A stretch of 64,000 nucleotides of DNA from Octopus vulgaris (Eukaryota): positions 26,784,001 through 26,848,000 of the forward strand of contig OX597839.1 of assembly GCA_951406725.2 (NCBI GenBank), written 5' to 3'. A program made the translations under genes and the position numbers. Shown here in pieces: positions 38,989-53,300 of the stretch. Positions within the stretch are counted from its first letter, which is position 1. Every line of letters starts with the position of its first letter. The notes under the pieces were generated by a model. That model did no database searches and had not been told where the DNA came from. It worked only from the letters and a program-made list of their open reading frames with translations.

Positions 38989-41574
38989 ATGCGCAGTCAC
39001 ACGTTCGCGCATGCGCAGTGACACTGTCTCGCATGCGCAGATACATGTTCGCGCATGCGCAGTAACACGTTCGCGCATGTCCATTCACACTTTCGCGCAT
39101 GGGCAGTCACACGTTCGTGCATGCGCTGTGACACTGTCGCGCATGCGCAGATACATGTTCGCGCATGCACAGTCACATGTTTGCGCATGCGCAGTCACAC
39201 ATTCGCGCATGCGCAATCCCACATTCGCGCATGCGCATTCACACTTTCGCGCATGCGCAGTCACTCGTTGGTGCACGCGCAATCATACGTTGGCGCATGC
39301 GCAATCTTACGTTCACGCATGCGCAGTCACACGTTCGCGCATGCGCATTCACACTTTCGCGCATGCGCATTCACACTTTCGCGCATGCGCAGTCAAACTT
39401 TCGCGCATGCGCAATCCCACGTTGGGGCATGCGCTATCTTACGTTCGCGCATGCGCAGTCACACGTTCGCGCATGCGCATTCACACTTTCGCGCATTCGC
39501 AGTCACACGTTGGGGCATGCGCAGTCACAGGTTGGCGCATGCGCAATCATACGTTCGCGCATGCGCAGTGACACGTTCGCGCATGCGCAGTCACACTTTC
39601 GCGCATGCGCATTCACACTTTCGCGCATGCGCAGCCACACGTTCACGCATGCTCTATTCCACGTTGGCGCATGCGTAATCTTACGTTCGCGCATGCGCAG
39701 TCACACGTTCGCGCATGCGCAGTCACACTTTCGCGCATGCGCAGTCACACGTTCGCGCATGCGCAGTCACCCGTTCGCGCATGCGCAATCCCGCTTACGC
39801 GATGCGCATTCACACTTTCGCGCATGCGCAGTCACTCGTTGGCCATACTTTGGCGCATGCGCAGTCCTACGTTCGCGCATGCGCAGTCACACGTTCGCGC
39901 ATGCGCATTCACACTTTCGCGCTTGCGCAGTCACACTTTCGCGCATGCGCAATCACACATTCGTGCATGCGCATTCACACTTTCGCGCATGCGCAATCAC
40001 ACTTTCGCGCATGCGCAGTGACACTGTCGCGCATGCGCAATCTCACGTTCGCGCATGCGCAGTAGCACGTTGGCGCATGCGTATTCACACTTTCGCGCAT
40101 ACGCAGTCACACGTTCGCGCGTGCGCAATCACACATTCGCGCATGCGCATTCACACTTTCGCGCATGCGCATTCACAAGTTGGCGCATGCGCAATCTTAC
40201 GTTCGCGCATGCGCAGTCACACGTTCGCGCATGCGCAGTCACACTTTTGCGCATGCGCAGTCACACTTTTGCGCATGCGCAGTCACACTTTTGCTCATGC
40301 GCAGTCACACTTTCGCGCATGCGCATTCACACTTTCGCGCATGCGCATTCACACTTTCGCGCATGCGCAGCCACACGTTGGCGCATGCGCAGTCACACGT
40401 TACGCATGCGCAATCTTACGTTCGCGCATGCGCAGTCACACGTTCGCGCATGAGCTGTCACACGTTCGCGCATGCGCATTTACAGTTTTGTGCATGCGCA
40501 TTTACACTTTCGCGCATGCGCAGTCTCACTTTCGCGCATGCGCAGTCACACATACACGCATGTGCATTCACACTTTCGCGCATGCGCAGTCACACGTTGA
40601 CGCACGCGCAGTCACACGTTCGCGCATGCGCAATCACACATACGCGCATGCGCAGACACATGTTCACTGATGCGCAGTCACACTTTCGGGCATGCGCAGT
40701 CACACGTTCGCGCATGCGCAGTTACATGCTCGCGCATGCGCATTCACACTTTCGCGCATGCGCAATCTTACGTTCGCGCATGCGCAGTCTCACGTTCGCG
40801 CATGCGCACGCACACTTTTGCGCATGCGTTGTCACACTTTCGCGCATGCGCACTCACACTTTCGCGCATGCGCGGTCACACGTTCGATCATGCGCATTCA
40901 CACATTCGCGCATGCGCATTCACACTTTCGCGCATGCGCAGTCACAAGTTGACGCATGCGCAGACACATGTTCGCGCATGCGCAGTCACACGTTCGTGCA
41001 TGCGCAGCCACACTTTCGCGCATGCGCAATCTTATGTTCGCGCATGCGCAGTCACACGTTCGCGCATGCGCATTCACACTTTTGCGCATGCGCAGTCACA
41101 CTGTCGGGCATGCTCAGTCACACGCTGGCTCATGTGCAGTAACACGTTCGTGCATGCGCATTCACACTTTCGCGCATGCGCAGTCACACTTTCGCGCATG
41201 CGCAGTCACACTTTCGCGCTGCGCAATCTTACGTTCGCACATACGCAGTCACACGTTCGCGCATGCGGACGCACACTTTTGCGCATGCGCAGTCACACTT
41301 TAGGCATACGCAGTCACACATTCGCGCATGCGCAGTAACACGTTCGCGCATGCCGTTTCACACTTTCGCGCATGCGCATTCACACGTTCGTGCATGTTCA
41401 TTCACATACTCGCGCATGCGCATTCAAACATTCGCGCATGCGCAGTCACACGTTCGCGCATGCGCACGCACACGTTCGCGCATGCGCACGCACACGTTCG
41501 CGCATGCGCTTTCACACTTTCGCAGTTACACGTTCGCCCATGCGCATGTACACATTCGCGCATGCGCAGTCACA
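38989..41574. repeat. 22-bp CpG-rich satellite, consensus GCGCATGCGCAGTCACAC(G/T)TTC, ~117 units
   Basis: Direct; 2586 bp divided by 22; produces the 22-aa periodic MRSHTFAHAQSHVRACAVTRSR ORFs in all three plus-strand frames. Confidence 0.97.
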
Positions 41575-42397
41575 GAATTAATGGGGTCCATTCGTAAAAA
41601 AACAAACGAAACAAAGACAGTTGAGCATCACAATTTTCTACCCCTAAAAATGTCTCCAAAATATCGCCCTGGGTTCTAAATGCGAAGTTAAGCCTCCCAT
41701 AAGCTAATTTTGTCCTTGGCACTCCAACCATCGGCTAATTTGTATCCAGATAATCCGAGCATGACGACTCCTTCAAAATAATTTTTTGTACCAAAGGTAC
41801 AGGACCTGAAATTTGGGAGGAGGGAATGAGTCGATTACATCGACCCCCTCCCCAGTATGCAGCTGGTACGTATCTTGTCGACCCCGAAAGGATGAAAGGC
41901 AAAGTCGACCTCGGAAGAAGAAGGAGGAGGAGGAGGAGAAGAAGAAGAAGGAGGAGGAGGAGGAGAAGAAGAAGAAGAGGAGGAAGAAGTGGAAGTGGAA
42001 GAGGTAGAAGAGGAAGAGGTAGAATAGGAAGAGGTAGAAGAGGAAGAGGTAGAAGAGGAAGAGGTAGAAGAGGAAGAGGTAGAAGAGGAAGAGGAAGAGG
42101 TAGAAGAGGAAGAGGAAGATGTAGAAGAGGAAGAGGAAGAAGAGGAAGAAGAAAAAGAGGAAGAGGGAGAAGAGGAAGATGAGGAAGAGGAAGAAGTGGA
42201 AGAGGAAGATGAGGAAGAGGAAGGAGAGGAAGAAGAAGAAGACAGTAGTTTCTTTCATCTAAGAGTGATATCTACTTGTCAAATTTATTGGGTCAATATA
42301 TATTTTGTCGATTGAAATTTCAGGAAAAAAAACCCAAATAACAAAGGGCGAAATTTCATCTAGCGCCTGCGCACTAGCGATTCTGCCAGCTCTTGTT

Positions 42398-42438
<41 letters not shown>

Positions 42439-42800
42439 CCTTCAGGGAGTACTGTTAGCATGACCAGCGCGACACTATGTGTGTCAAAACCTGACCTCTA
42501 CAAAATCAGGTAAAACCAGCCCATCGGACAGGCTTCCTTGCAGTTTCCGTTTGTCAAACCTCACTCAGTAGCAGTTCCGAGCCGCGCATGGTATTCATAA
42601 GCCAGTTAGTGTGGTCCTACAGTTCTGGAAGCAGAGATGGTTTCTCTCCCGGTTAAAGGCCCAGGGGAGGGACCCATCGTAAAGAATATTCCATTTTAAA
42701 AAATAGACTGCAATAGTCTTCTTTAAAATGTGTCATTTGTTTAGTTCAATATGTATGGAGGCGTGTAGTATGGTGGTTAGAACGATATACCCACGATCGT

Positions 42801-43102
42801 GTTTATTGAGCGAAAACACCTAAAGCTCCACGAGGCTCGGACAGGGATGGTGGTGATCCCTGCTGTACTCTTTCACCACAACTTTCTCTCACTCTTACTT
42901 CCTGTTTCTGTTGTACCTGTATTTCAAGGGGCCGGCCTTGTCACTCTCTGTGTCACGCTGAATATCCCCGAGAACTACGTTCAGGGTACACGTGTCTGTG
43001 GAGTGCTCAGCCACTTACACGTTAATTTCACGAGCAGGCTGTTCCGTTGATTCGGATCAACCGGAACGGAACCCTCGTCTTCGTAACCGACGGAGTGTTT
43101 CC
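42801..43102 (+). mobile_element. 5'-truncated SINE family C inserted into the tRNA head of an older SINE (42757-43185)
   Basis: 14-bp TSD ATACCCACGATCGT (42787-42800, 43103-43116). Confidence 0.9.
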
Positions 43103-43194
43103 ATACCCACGATCGTAAGATGGAGGTTTCGAAACCCGGATCCGGTGGTGCGTTTTGTTCTTGAGCAAAACACTTCATTTCCCGTTGCTATCAA

Positions 43195-43538
43195 GGAGCA
43201 TGGCTTAGTGGTTAAGGCGTCGCACTCGCGATCGTGAGGTCGTGGTATCGATACCTAGGCCAGGCTATGTGTTGTGTTCTTGAGCAAGACACTCTATTTC
43301 ACTTTGCTCCAGTTCACTCAGCTGTAAAAATGAGATGCGCCGTCACTGGTGCCAAGCTGTATCGGCCCCTTTGCCGTTCCCTTAAGTAACATCAGTGGTG
43401 TAGGGAGGGGAGGCTAGTATGCATGGGCGACTACTGACCTTCCATAAAAAAAAACCTGGCTCGGACTTGTGCCTGGGAGGCGACCTTTCAAGGTGCAATT
43501 CCATGGTCATTCATAACTGAAGGGGTTTGTAACCCTTA
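43195..43538 (+). mobile_element. SINE family D, full length
   Basis: TGGCTTAGTGGTTAAGG A-box and GGTATCGATACC B-box-like; matches 9958-10275. Confidence 0.85.
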
Positions 43539-44047
43539 TACTATCTTCGTAGTGTGTGTGCATTTGAAGGTGCATGGTTCAATGGTTGGAGCATTGACCT
43601 CACAAGCATGAGGTAGTGAGTTCACAAACACAAAACACACAGATACAGACACACACACAGAGGCATAAACACCGACACACAGACACGCACACACAGCCAC
43701 ACAGACACATAGACATACACAGACACACACAACACACAGATACAGACACACACACACAGGCATAAACACCGACACACAGACACGCACACACACACACACA
43801 CAGCCACACAGACACATAGACATACACAGACACACACAGATATAAACACACACACAGACACACAGACACAAGCACACACACACACACACACACAGCCACA
43901 CAGACACATACAGACACACACAGACACACAGACATAAATACACACACACATACACATAAACACAGACATAAACACACAGACATAAATACCGACACACAAA
44001 CACCAAAACACACACACAGACATAAGCACCGACACAAACACACACAG

Positions 44048-44084
<37 letters not shown>

Positions 44085-44108
44085 AGGACCCATTTTTTTT
44101 ATATATAA

Positions 44109-44512
44109 CTAGCAGTATCGCCCGGCGTTGCTCGGGTTTGTAAGGGAAATAACTATAAAGCATTTTTAGAGAGTTATAGCCAAAAAATAGCAAAAAAATG
44201 CATTAAAAATGGAAAACAAATGATGGTAAATTTTTTTTAAAAATCGTTGACTCATCGTAGAAATTTTTAGAGAGTTACTTCCCTTATATAATAGCGAAAA
44301 AAATGCATTAAAATGGAAAAAAATTATGGTAAATTTTTTTTTTAAATCGCAGACTCATCGTAGACGCGCGCTAATACCCAGAAGGGCTCGATATGAATCA
44401 CGACTATAAGATACCCGGTTTTTGTTAAACTGCACCGCAAAATGTGGGAGTAGTTAGGAATCTAAATCGAAGGGGACAGACACTCACACAACTACAGTTT
44501 TATATATAAAGA
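44109..44512 (-). mobile_element. Non-autonomous Helitron-like element
   Basis: Reverse complement of 26377-26774 with TC/CTAG ends and CCCGGCGTTGCTCGGG hairpin. Confidence 0.85.
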
Positions 44513-44821
44513 TAAGCAAGACAAAAACGACAGCAGATGGTTATTAAGTTGTTTTATAAATTCAATGACATTACACGAAGAAACACTGAGAAAATAATTA
44601 CAAATATAAGATGAGGTGGTACCCACTGTTGAGATGTGAGTCAGCTGGGAACATGTCGGTGGGAGTTCGAATCCCACCGCTGTCATTCTGTTCACGAGTT
44701 GTCCCATATTTTTTTTCTTAATACTGGTTAGGAAAAAACACGGCGGTTTGACTAGAATCAAATTTGACATCAGTGTGTGTGTGTGTGTGTGTGTGTGTAT
44801 TTGTGTGTGTGTGTGTGTGTA

Positions 44822-44893
<72 letters not shown>

Positions 44894-45087
44894 TCCACCC
44901 ACCATCGCTTGACAACCGATGCTGGTGTGTTTACGCCCCCGTAACTTAACGGTTCGGCAAAAGAGACTGATAGAGCAAGTACCAGGCTTACAAAGAATAA
45001 GTCCTGGGGTCGATTCGTTCGACTAAAGGCAGTGCTCCAGCATGGCCACAGTCAAATGACTGAAACATGTAAAAGAATATGCATATG

Positions 45088-45153
<66 letters not shown>

Positions 45154-45321
45154 AAATAAGCAACAGGATATCAAGCAGTGATGCAGTAGACAGGTTTCAA
45201 GCGGTTCCATTTAATTGAACAATGCAATAATTACATCAGTTCAAATGCAGCGCTATCTTCAGCTGCACAAAATATAGAACTTTTCAACAAGTAGGACTCA
45301 GTAATATAATTTTTCTTATAC

Positions 45322-45368
<47 letters not shown>

Positions 45369-45614
45369 TATATATACCGGAGTAAGCACATAAATGCGAA
45401 ACAAGGTGAAAAAAATAGTACTTGAATACCAGAGGTAGAGTAATATGCTTTATTGAAAAGCAGCAGAAATATCACAAAAACTGTTACTCAGAGTTTCACA
45501 TTCCTGTTCGTTAGACAAAGGTGTCCGACGAACGCGAACGTGCAACTTTGAGTAACTGAGTAACAGCTTTTGTGATATCTCTACTATTTTTTAAAATAAA
45601 GTATAAGAGTATAT

Positions 45615-45688
<74 letters not shown>

Positions 45689-45811
45689 GTATGTAGTTTA
45701 CATATATTTTCCACCATTTTCCATAAACACCCATGATTCCGCTTCCCCACCTTGATATCCCCCACCTATCAAACTGTCACTCTTCCCGTTCCTCAAATTG
45801 ATACCTTTCAG

Positions 45812-46408
<597 letters not shown>

Positions 46409-46817
46409 CACACATACACACACACACATTTACATGCACACACAGACCGACATACACGCATGCAGTTGTCTGCATGGCTTTCGTTATGTGGACACAATCC
46501 CAGCAAGTCAAACAGTGGGTGTGTGTGATCTGGGTCACCACAGAAAAAAAGTAACAAAGTGCCTGCTCCGTTGATTTCTATCCGCCATGTTTTTTTTTAA
46601 TGTTCCTTTACAAAAAAATCATGTTGTTATCATTACATGTTATTACATGTTATTATTACACGTTCATTACATAGTCATCACGTGTTCATTACATGGTGTA
46701 ACTGTTCGCTCGGACATTATTCAGTGGTTGCTTGCTGGTGCCGTCTTTTAAATGCTGTAAATGGTATCGTTAAGATGTGCACCGAAGGATACGCTGTACA
46801 TATATATTTATGGATTG

Positions 46818-46969
46818 TATGTATGCATGTATGTATGTATATATGTATGTATATATGTATGTATGTGTGTATGTATGTATGTATGTATATATGTATATAT
46901 GTATGTATGTATGTATATATGTATGTATGTATATATGTATGTATATATGTATATATGTATGTATGTATG

Positions 46970-47000
<31 letters not shown>

Positions 47001-47163
47001 ATATGTATGTATATATGTATGTATATATGTATATATGTATGTATGTATGTATGTATATATGTATGTATGTATATATGTATGTATGTATATATGTATGTAT
47101 GTATATATATATATGTATGTATGTATATATGTATGTATGTATATATGTATATATGTATGTATG

Positions 47164-47197
<34 letters not shown>

Positions 47198-47199
47198 TG

Positions 47200-47261
<62 letters not shown>

Positions 47262-47502
47262 TGCATGTATATATGTATGTATGTATGTATATGTGTGTGT
47301 GTATGTATATATGTATGTATATATGTATATATGTATGTATGTATGTATGTTTAATGGTTCCGAGGAAGCTATAGGTTGGTGCAAGCATTCAGGTCTGTGC
47401 ACACTTCATCGTGTCGCAGAAACAACTGCGGGCTTATGAAGGTGATTGATTGCATGACACCTGTTCTCCTGCCATTCATTAATTAATTAATGTATATGTA
47501 TG

Positions 47503-47566
<64 letters not shown>

Positions 47567-47669
47567 GTATATATATGTATATATATGTGTGTGTGTGTAT
47601 ATATATGTATATATATATATGTGTGGGTGTATATATGTATGTATATATATATATGTATGTATATATATG

Positions 47670-47700
<31 letters not shown>

Positions 47701-47751
47701 GTATATATATATGTGTGTGTGTATATATATGTATGTATGAATGTATGTATG

Positions 47752-47789
<38 letters not shown>

Positions 47790-47816
47790 TGTATGTGTGT
47801 GTATATGTATGTATGT
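46818..47816. repeat. (TATG)n/(TA)n microsatellites
   Basis: Direct; a 140-bp unique island lies at 47350-47490. Confidence 0.95.
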
Positions 47817-48145
47817 AACGTATTTAATTCAAATTCTTTCTAGAAACGTCTCTTGTTGTTCGATGCATTTCTGTACAATAACAATAAATAAACTTGAATT
47901 AAATTACACGAATTTTTTTTTATAAAAAAGAAAAAAAAAAAGGCAAAATGATTTCGTTCACATTAAAATTTTCATTTTTATCTTTTTTTTTTTTTCGTTT
48001 AGCAAATTTTTCGGTCCGTTTCACCGTTCCAATATCGTCTTTAGTTCTACACAAAACACAAATTGATGAAATAGTTACAACATTCTGTTTTTTTTTTTTA
48101 GTCTTTCTTTAATTTCACTTCATAGTTTTTCAACATTATATATTA

Positions 48146-48286
48146 TAAGGTTGTCCCAAAAGTTCGTAGAAAGTCTTGGAAAATAATGGTCTTTATTTTG
48201 AGGAATAATTTTTGATGTTTTTGTTAGTACTTGGCGAGTGAAAATTCAATTTTCGCAAGTGTTTACGAACTTTTGGGACAACCTAA
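48146..48286. mobile_element. 141-bp mariner-type MITE just downstream of the GPCR stop
   Basis: TIR TAAGGTTGTCCCAAAAGTTCGTA / TACGAACTTTTGGGACAACCTAA with TA TSDs. Confidence 0.88.
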
Positions 48287-48402
48287 TATAACGCCTTCGT
48301 CAGTGAAGGCAGAGGTATTGTTTTTAGTCGTATTTGTTTGCTTGTTGTTATTATATTATTATTATGACTCTCGTTATTATCATTATTGTTTGTGTTTCTT
48401 TT

Positions 48403-49533
48403 TTAGGTTTCAATTTCTTCGCTGTCTTCTTTTTCTTCTTTGTGACTGCATTTACAAAATGGGAACATATTCCAGAGCTCTTTCCAAAATTTTTGATCAC
48501 ACACGGCGTATATCGTCGGGTTCAGAGTGTAAAGTTGGTAGGAACGTAAGAACAGATTGTAGAGGACTTCACTAAGGGGCATTAAATTCCCAAGGTTACC
48601 CACAATCGTCCTGTATATCATGAGAATGTGATAGGGTATAAAACTGACGGAGAAGAAGGCAGTTGTAAAGAACAGCTTCATGGTGGTTCGGCGGAGTTTG
48701 TACAAATGGTGGCCGTTTCGTTTGTCGATTGTTGTCTTCCTGGTCGGGGTATTGTTGTGTCTGATGTTGTTGACGGTTGGGTCGCTCTTGCTTTTGCCTT
48801 TGGCCATCATCAGAGATATTTCGTTGGTGGCGAGGCAGTGGAAGCTGTTGCGACTGGCCATCAAGTAATTGGTGCCGAAAGGGGAGCTCTTCTTGTGCCG
48901 CCGGAGTTTCTGCCATATGAAGATGTAGAGCAAAGCCAACGGTATGAGAATTGCCACAAAGAGGATTAACAGAAATCCGTAGTAAATCTGCGGCAGTATT
49001 GATGATTTCATTGAATAATCCGACGAGCATTCACTCACGAGTATGTTCGATTCGATCTCGTAACTGTGCTGACCGTATATAAAATACACTGGTATTGAGA
49101 GTATCACGGCCACAACGGCCGAAATAATCGATATTTTAACAGCCATGCGATATTCGATTTTCGATTTCTGGGGTTTGCACACGCACAGGTAGCGATCGAT
49201 GGCTATGGACAGGAGAACGAACCCGGATGCAATGGCGGTCGCTGTGATTTGCAAACGTTGGAACTTACAGGTGGGCAAATAATAATAAGGGTACCTCATC
49301 TCGACTATCTCCATTGGTAGGGTAACACTGCAGCAGACCAGATCGTAGATACCCAGAAATAATATGAAACATGTCGTCGTTGTAGGTTTAATCAAACAAC
49401 CATAGACGTAGCATACTAGAGAGTTACCCAGGATCCCTAAAACCATCGTGACCCCGATATAAACGGATACCGGAATATACAAGATGGCCTTTTTGTTGTT
49501 CAGGTCCATAAATTCACTTTCTGAGATATTCAT
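48403..49533 (-). CDS. Intronless class-A (rhodopsin-like) GPCR, peptide-receptor-like, 376 aa
   Basis: ATG at 49533 (MNISES, N-glycosylation sequon); TM1 GILGN, TM2 LGIYDL, TM3 Cys and IAIDRY, ECL2 Cys, TM5 P...Y, long basic ICL3, TM6 SFIPY, TM7 NPTIY; intact ORF. Confidence 0.93.
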   Translation of the reverse strand: MNISESEFMDLNNKKAILYIPVSVYIGVTMVLGILGNSLVCYVYGCLIKPTTTTCFILFLGIYDLVCCSVTLPMEIVEMRYPYYYLPTCKFQRLQITATAIASGFVLLSIAIDRYLCVCKPQKSKIEYRMAVKISIISAVVAVILSIPVYFIYGQHSYEIESNILVSECSSDYSMKSSILPQIYYGFLLILFVAILIPLALLYIFIWQKLRRHKKSSPFGTNYLMASRNSFHCLATNEISLMMAKGKSKSDPTVNNIRHNNTPTRKTTIDKRNGHHLYKLRRTTMKLFFTTAFFSVSFIPYHILMIYRTIVGNLGNLMPLSEVLYNLFLRSYQLYTLNPTIYAVCDQKFWKELWNMFPFCKCSHKEEKEDSEEIET

Positions 49534-50365
49534 AATGACAGTTAATCGAAATATATACACACACGTAGGGTACTGTATATATATATATATATCTTTATTA
49601 TATATTTAACAGGGTATATATACGTATATATTTTACATATATTCAACAGGGTGCTACATATATATATATATGTATGTATGTATTCAACAGGGTACTATAT
49701 TCACTAAAAATTTGCTTATGGTACCCTAATAGAAGACGAAGACCAGTCAACTATAATGATATGATTGGCAGTTAATTGAGCTTTATGTAACTGAGGGAAG
49801 ACTTACAAAAGATAATTGGGGACAGCTTACCCTTGTAAAGGACAAACACCACTCAACTATATTGAAGCTCTCGGCAGAGACGCACCTCATAAAATTGAAG
49901 CAGAATTTGGTGAAGTCAGTGGGGGAGAGCTCAGCAAATGAGGGGGCAAAGTCCGCTCAGTTATAGAGATGCTAAGGGCAGAAACGCAACAAAATTGTGG
50001 AAGTGACGACCAGAGAAAACCAATGGCGGACACAGAGATTCTTCATGCGCTATCAAGAAACACATATCTTTGTTTAAACCCCGCTTGAAAATGAAATATA
50101 TATATAACAGTATATTGGATAAATATTATCCCTTAGTGGGTTGGATCTACAACCCCTAACTTTCTTTGTGTTATATATATATAAGTAGAAAGAATAGCCA
50201 AAACTTTTTGACTGCTATTTCTAAATTCGGTGTGTGGTGAGGCAAATCGTTGCTAAACCCTTAATTACTTAGTATTACTTAAACCTTCCTTGAATGGGGC
50301 TTTTACATGCCGAACTCTATACTTGGTGAAATTAATGATTATTTCTAAATTAATTAATTTCACCC

Positions 50366-50547
<182 letters not shown>

Positions 50548-50619
50548 AATAAATTAATTTACTCTGCTATGTATTGAGTACCTTATTTACTGTGGTTAAC
50601 CCCGACTCAACCCGGGACC

Positions 50620-50676
<57 letters not shown>

Positions 50677-51252
50677 TAGTCTTTTCTTTCTAATTTCTTG
50701 GATGCTTTTTGTAGTTTAGTTTCCAAGTTATTGTTTTTGTATTGTTTGAAATAAAGGAAGCTAAATAAATAATTTTCCGTTTGGGGTTCTTTTGATATTA
50801 CAGTTCTGTCTCTAAAAATAAAGATAAAAGCTGGAAGCTGACATCGTCCACGTATTTTGATAGTATTAACACGACATGGATGTTACTATATATATATATA
50901 GTGTGGGAATATAGGCGTATACGCAATCACACGGACATATATACAATGTTATTGCTTGTTGCGTGTATATATATATATGTGTATATATGTGAGAGTGTGT
51001 GTGTATGTGTGTGTGTTGTGTTCTCGTGGCCTTTGTCTATATTTAAAAAAAACAACCTTTTTATATGCTTTTTTTTTATATTTGCTGTTTTATTTTATCC
51101 GGACACTCATGACGTCATCGTTGTTGAAGAAGTGACTGTTGTTGACAGATAGATGTCGCTAGTAGTAGCACTGTTGGTGGTGTCAGCAGTGGTGGTGGTG
51201 GTGCCGGTGCTGATGATGATGGCGATGGTGGAGTCGATGGCGGCGATAGTGT

Positions 51253-51287
<35 letters not shown>

Positions 51288-51697
51288 GTGATGATGATGA
51301 TGACGACGTTGGTGTTGACGTTGTTGTTCTTGTTGTTGTTGTTGTTGATATTGTCATTTTACTGGTTTAAGTCACTGATGGTGGTGGTGGTGGTGGTGGC
51401 GGTGGCGGTGGTGGTGTTGGAGGCGGTGGCCGTTGCTGCAGCTGGGTCTTGCGTTGCTGTCGGTGTTGCTACACACGCTGCCAAGACGTGACAACAACAG
51501 TAACAACAACCGCAACTACATCGTCGCTGGGTCGGATTGGCGGATAATGTCTGGAAAGAGAGAAGAAAACACGCGGAAAAGTTAAGTTTTTGATACAGGA
51601 AGAGGGGGGTGGGTGGGGGGGGGAGAAGGAAGGAAAGAATGAAAGGAAGGAAGGAAGGAAGGAAGAAAAACGATGACAGCAATTATGAAGTAAATGT

Positions 51698-51731
51698 TGA
51701 TAGATAGACACAGACAGACAGACAGACAGAC

Positions 51732-51809
<78 letters not shown>

Positions 51810-51876
51810 GCTGATAGACAGATAGACAGACAGATAGACAGACAGACAGACAGATAGACAGACAGACAGACAGACC

Positions 51877-51913
<37 letters not shown>

Positions 51914-51935
51914 GCTGATAGACAGATAGACAGAC

Positions 51936-51966
<31 letters not shown>

Positions 51967-52007
51967 TAGATAGACAGACAGACAGACAGATAGACAGACA
52001 GACAGAC

Positions 52008-52046
<39 letters not shown>

Positions 52047-52217
52047 TACAGACAGACAGACAAATATATAGATAGATAAATAGACAGACAGACAGACAGA
52101 CAGACAGATAGATAGACAGACAGACAGATAGATAGACAGACAGACAGACATACATACAGACAGACAGACAGACAAATATATAGATAGATAAATAGACAGA
52201 CAGACAGACAGACAGAC

Positions 52218-52280
<63 letters not shown>

Positions 52281-52383
52281 TAGATAGACAGACAGACAGA
52301 CAGATAGATAGCTAAACAGACAGACAGACAAACAGACAGACAGATAGACAGACAGACAGACAGATAGATAGACAGACAGATAG

Positions 52384-52434
<51 letters not shown>

Positions 52435-52882
52435 CAGACAGACAGATAGATAGCTAGACAGACATACAGACAGACAGACAAATAGATAGATTGATAGATA
52501 GATAGAAAGTACAGCGGATCATGTGAACAAAGTGAAAAAGACACACACACACACTCACATACAGAAGAACAGAAATAAATATCAATTAGAAAGCCTCACT
52601 GTGGGATAAATAAGAATGTAAACAAGCGCACGGCCATCTTTCCCTTCATATCTTCTACGGAGTAGATAAAAGAAAAAAACAGGAAAGAATAAAGGAAAAA
52701 AAAAGTAAACAATCTTTGCACCAAATAATCTTGACCCGCTTAAGCGACATCAGTTCTTTGGTTGAAATTCAGCAGTCGGTCACCAACCAGTATTTTTTAG
52801 TAGATAGAGAGAGAGATAGATAAGATAGATAGATACATAGATATATATATAGAGAGAGATAGAGAGAGAGAGAGGAGGACAG

Positions 52883-52915
<33 letters not shown>

Positions 52916-53300
52916 AAAGGGACGAAAAGAGGAGAAAGTGAAAGAGAGAGAGAGAGAGAGGAGGGGAAGACGGAGAGAGGACAGAGATAGATAGATAAAT
53001 AGATATATAGAGATAGATAGATAGATAGATAGAGAGATATATATAGAGAGAGGCAGAGAGGGGAGGACAGAGATAGACAGATAGATAGAAAGAGAGAGAG
53101 AGAGAGAGAGAGAAAAGAGACGGAGAGAGGACAGAGATAGATAGATAAATAGAGAGAGGGTGGACGGAGAGAGAACAGAGAGAGGGAGGGGACGGAGAGA
53201 GAGAGAGCGACAGAGAGAGACATACCACACACAGAGTAGAGAAGAGAGAGAGAGAGGGGGAATGAGAGAGAGAGAGATAAGGAGTGAGAGAGAGAATATA
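51698..53300. repeat. (GACA/GATA)n 51698-52505 and GA-rich 52800-53300 low-complexity tracts
   Basis: Direct. Confidence 0.93.

Noticed and set aside
38989-41574. CRISPR-like array or 501-aa repeat protein
   Set aside because: Linkers are only 11-12 nt and are variants of one another, there are no cas genes, and the context is eukaryotic; ORFs are open in all plus-strand frames only because the 22-mer lacks stops
46637-47925. Y/V/C/M/I/H-rich ORFs here and throughout the window
   Set aside because: Translations of (TA)n, (TG)n, (TATG)n and (TATC)n microsatellites
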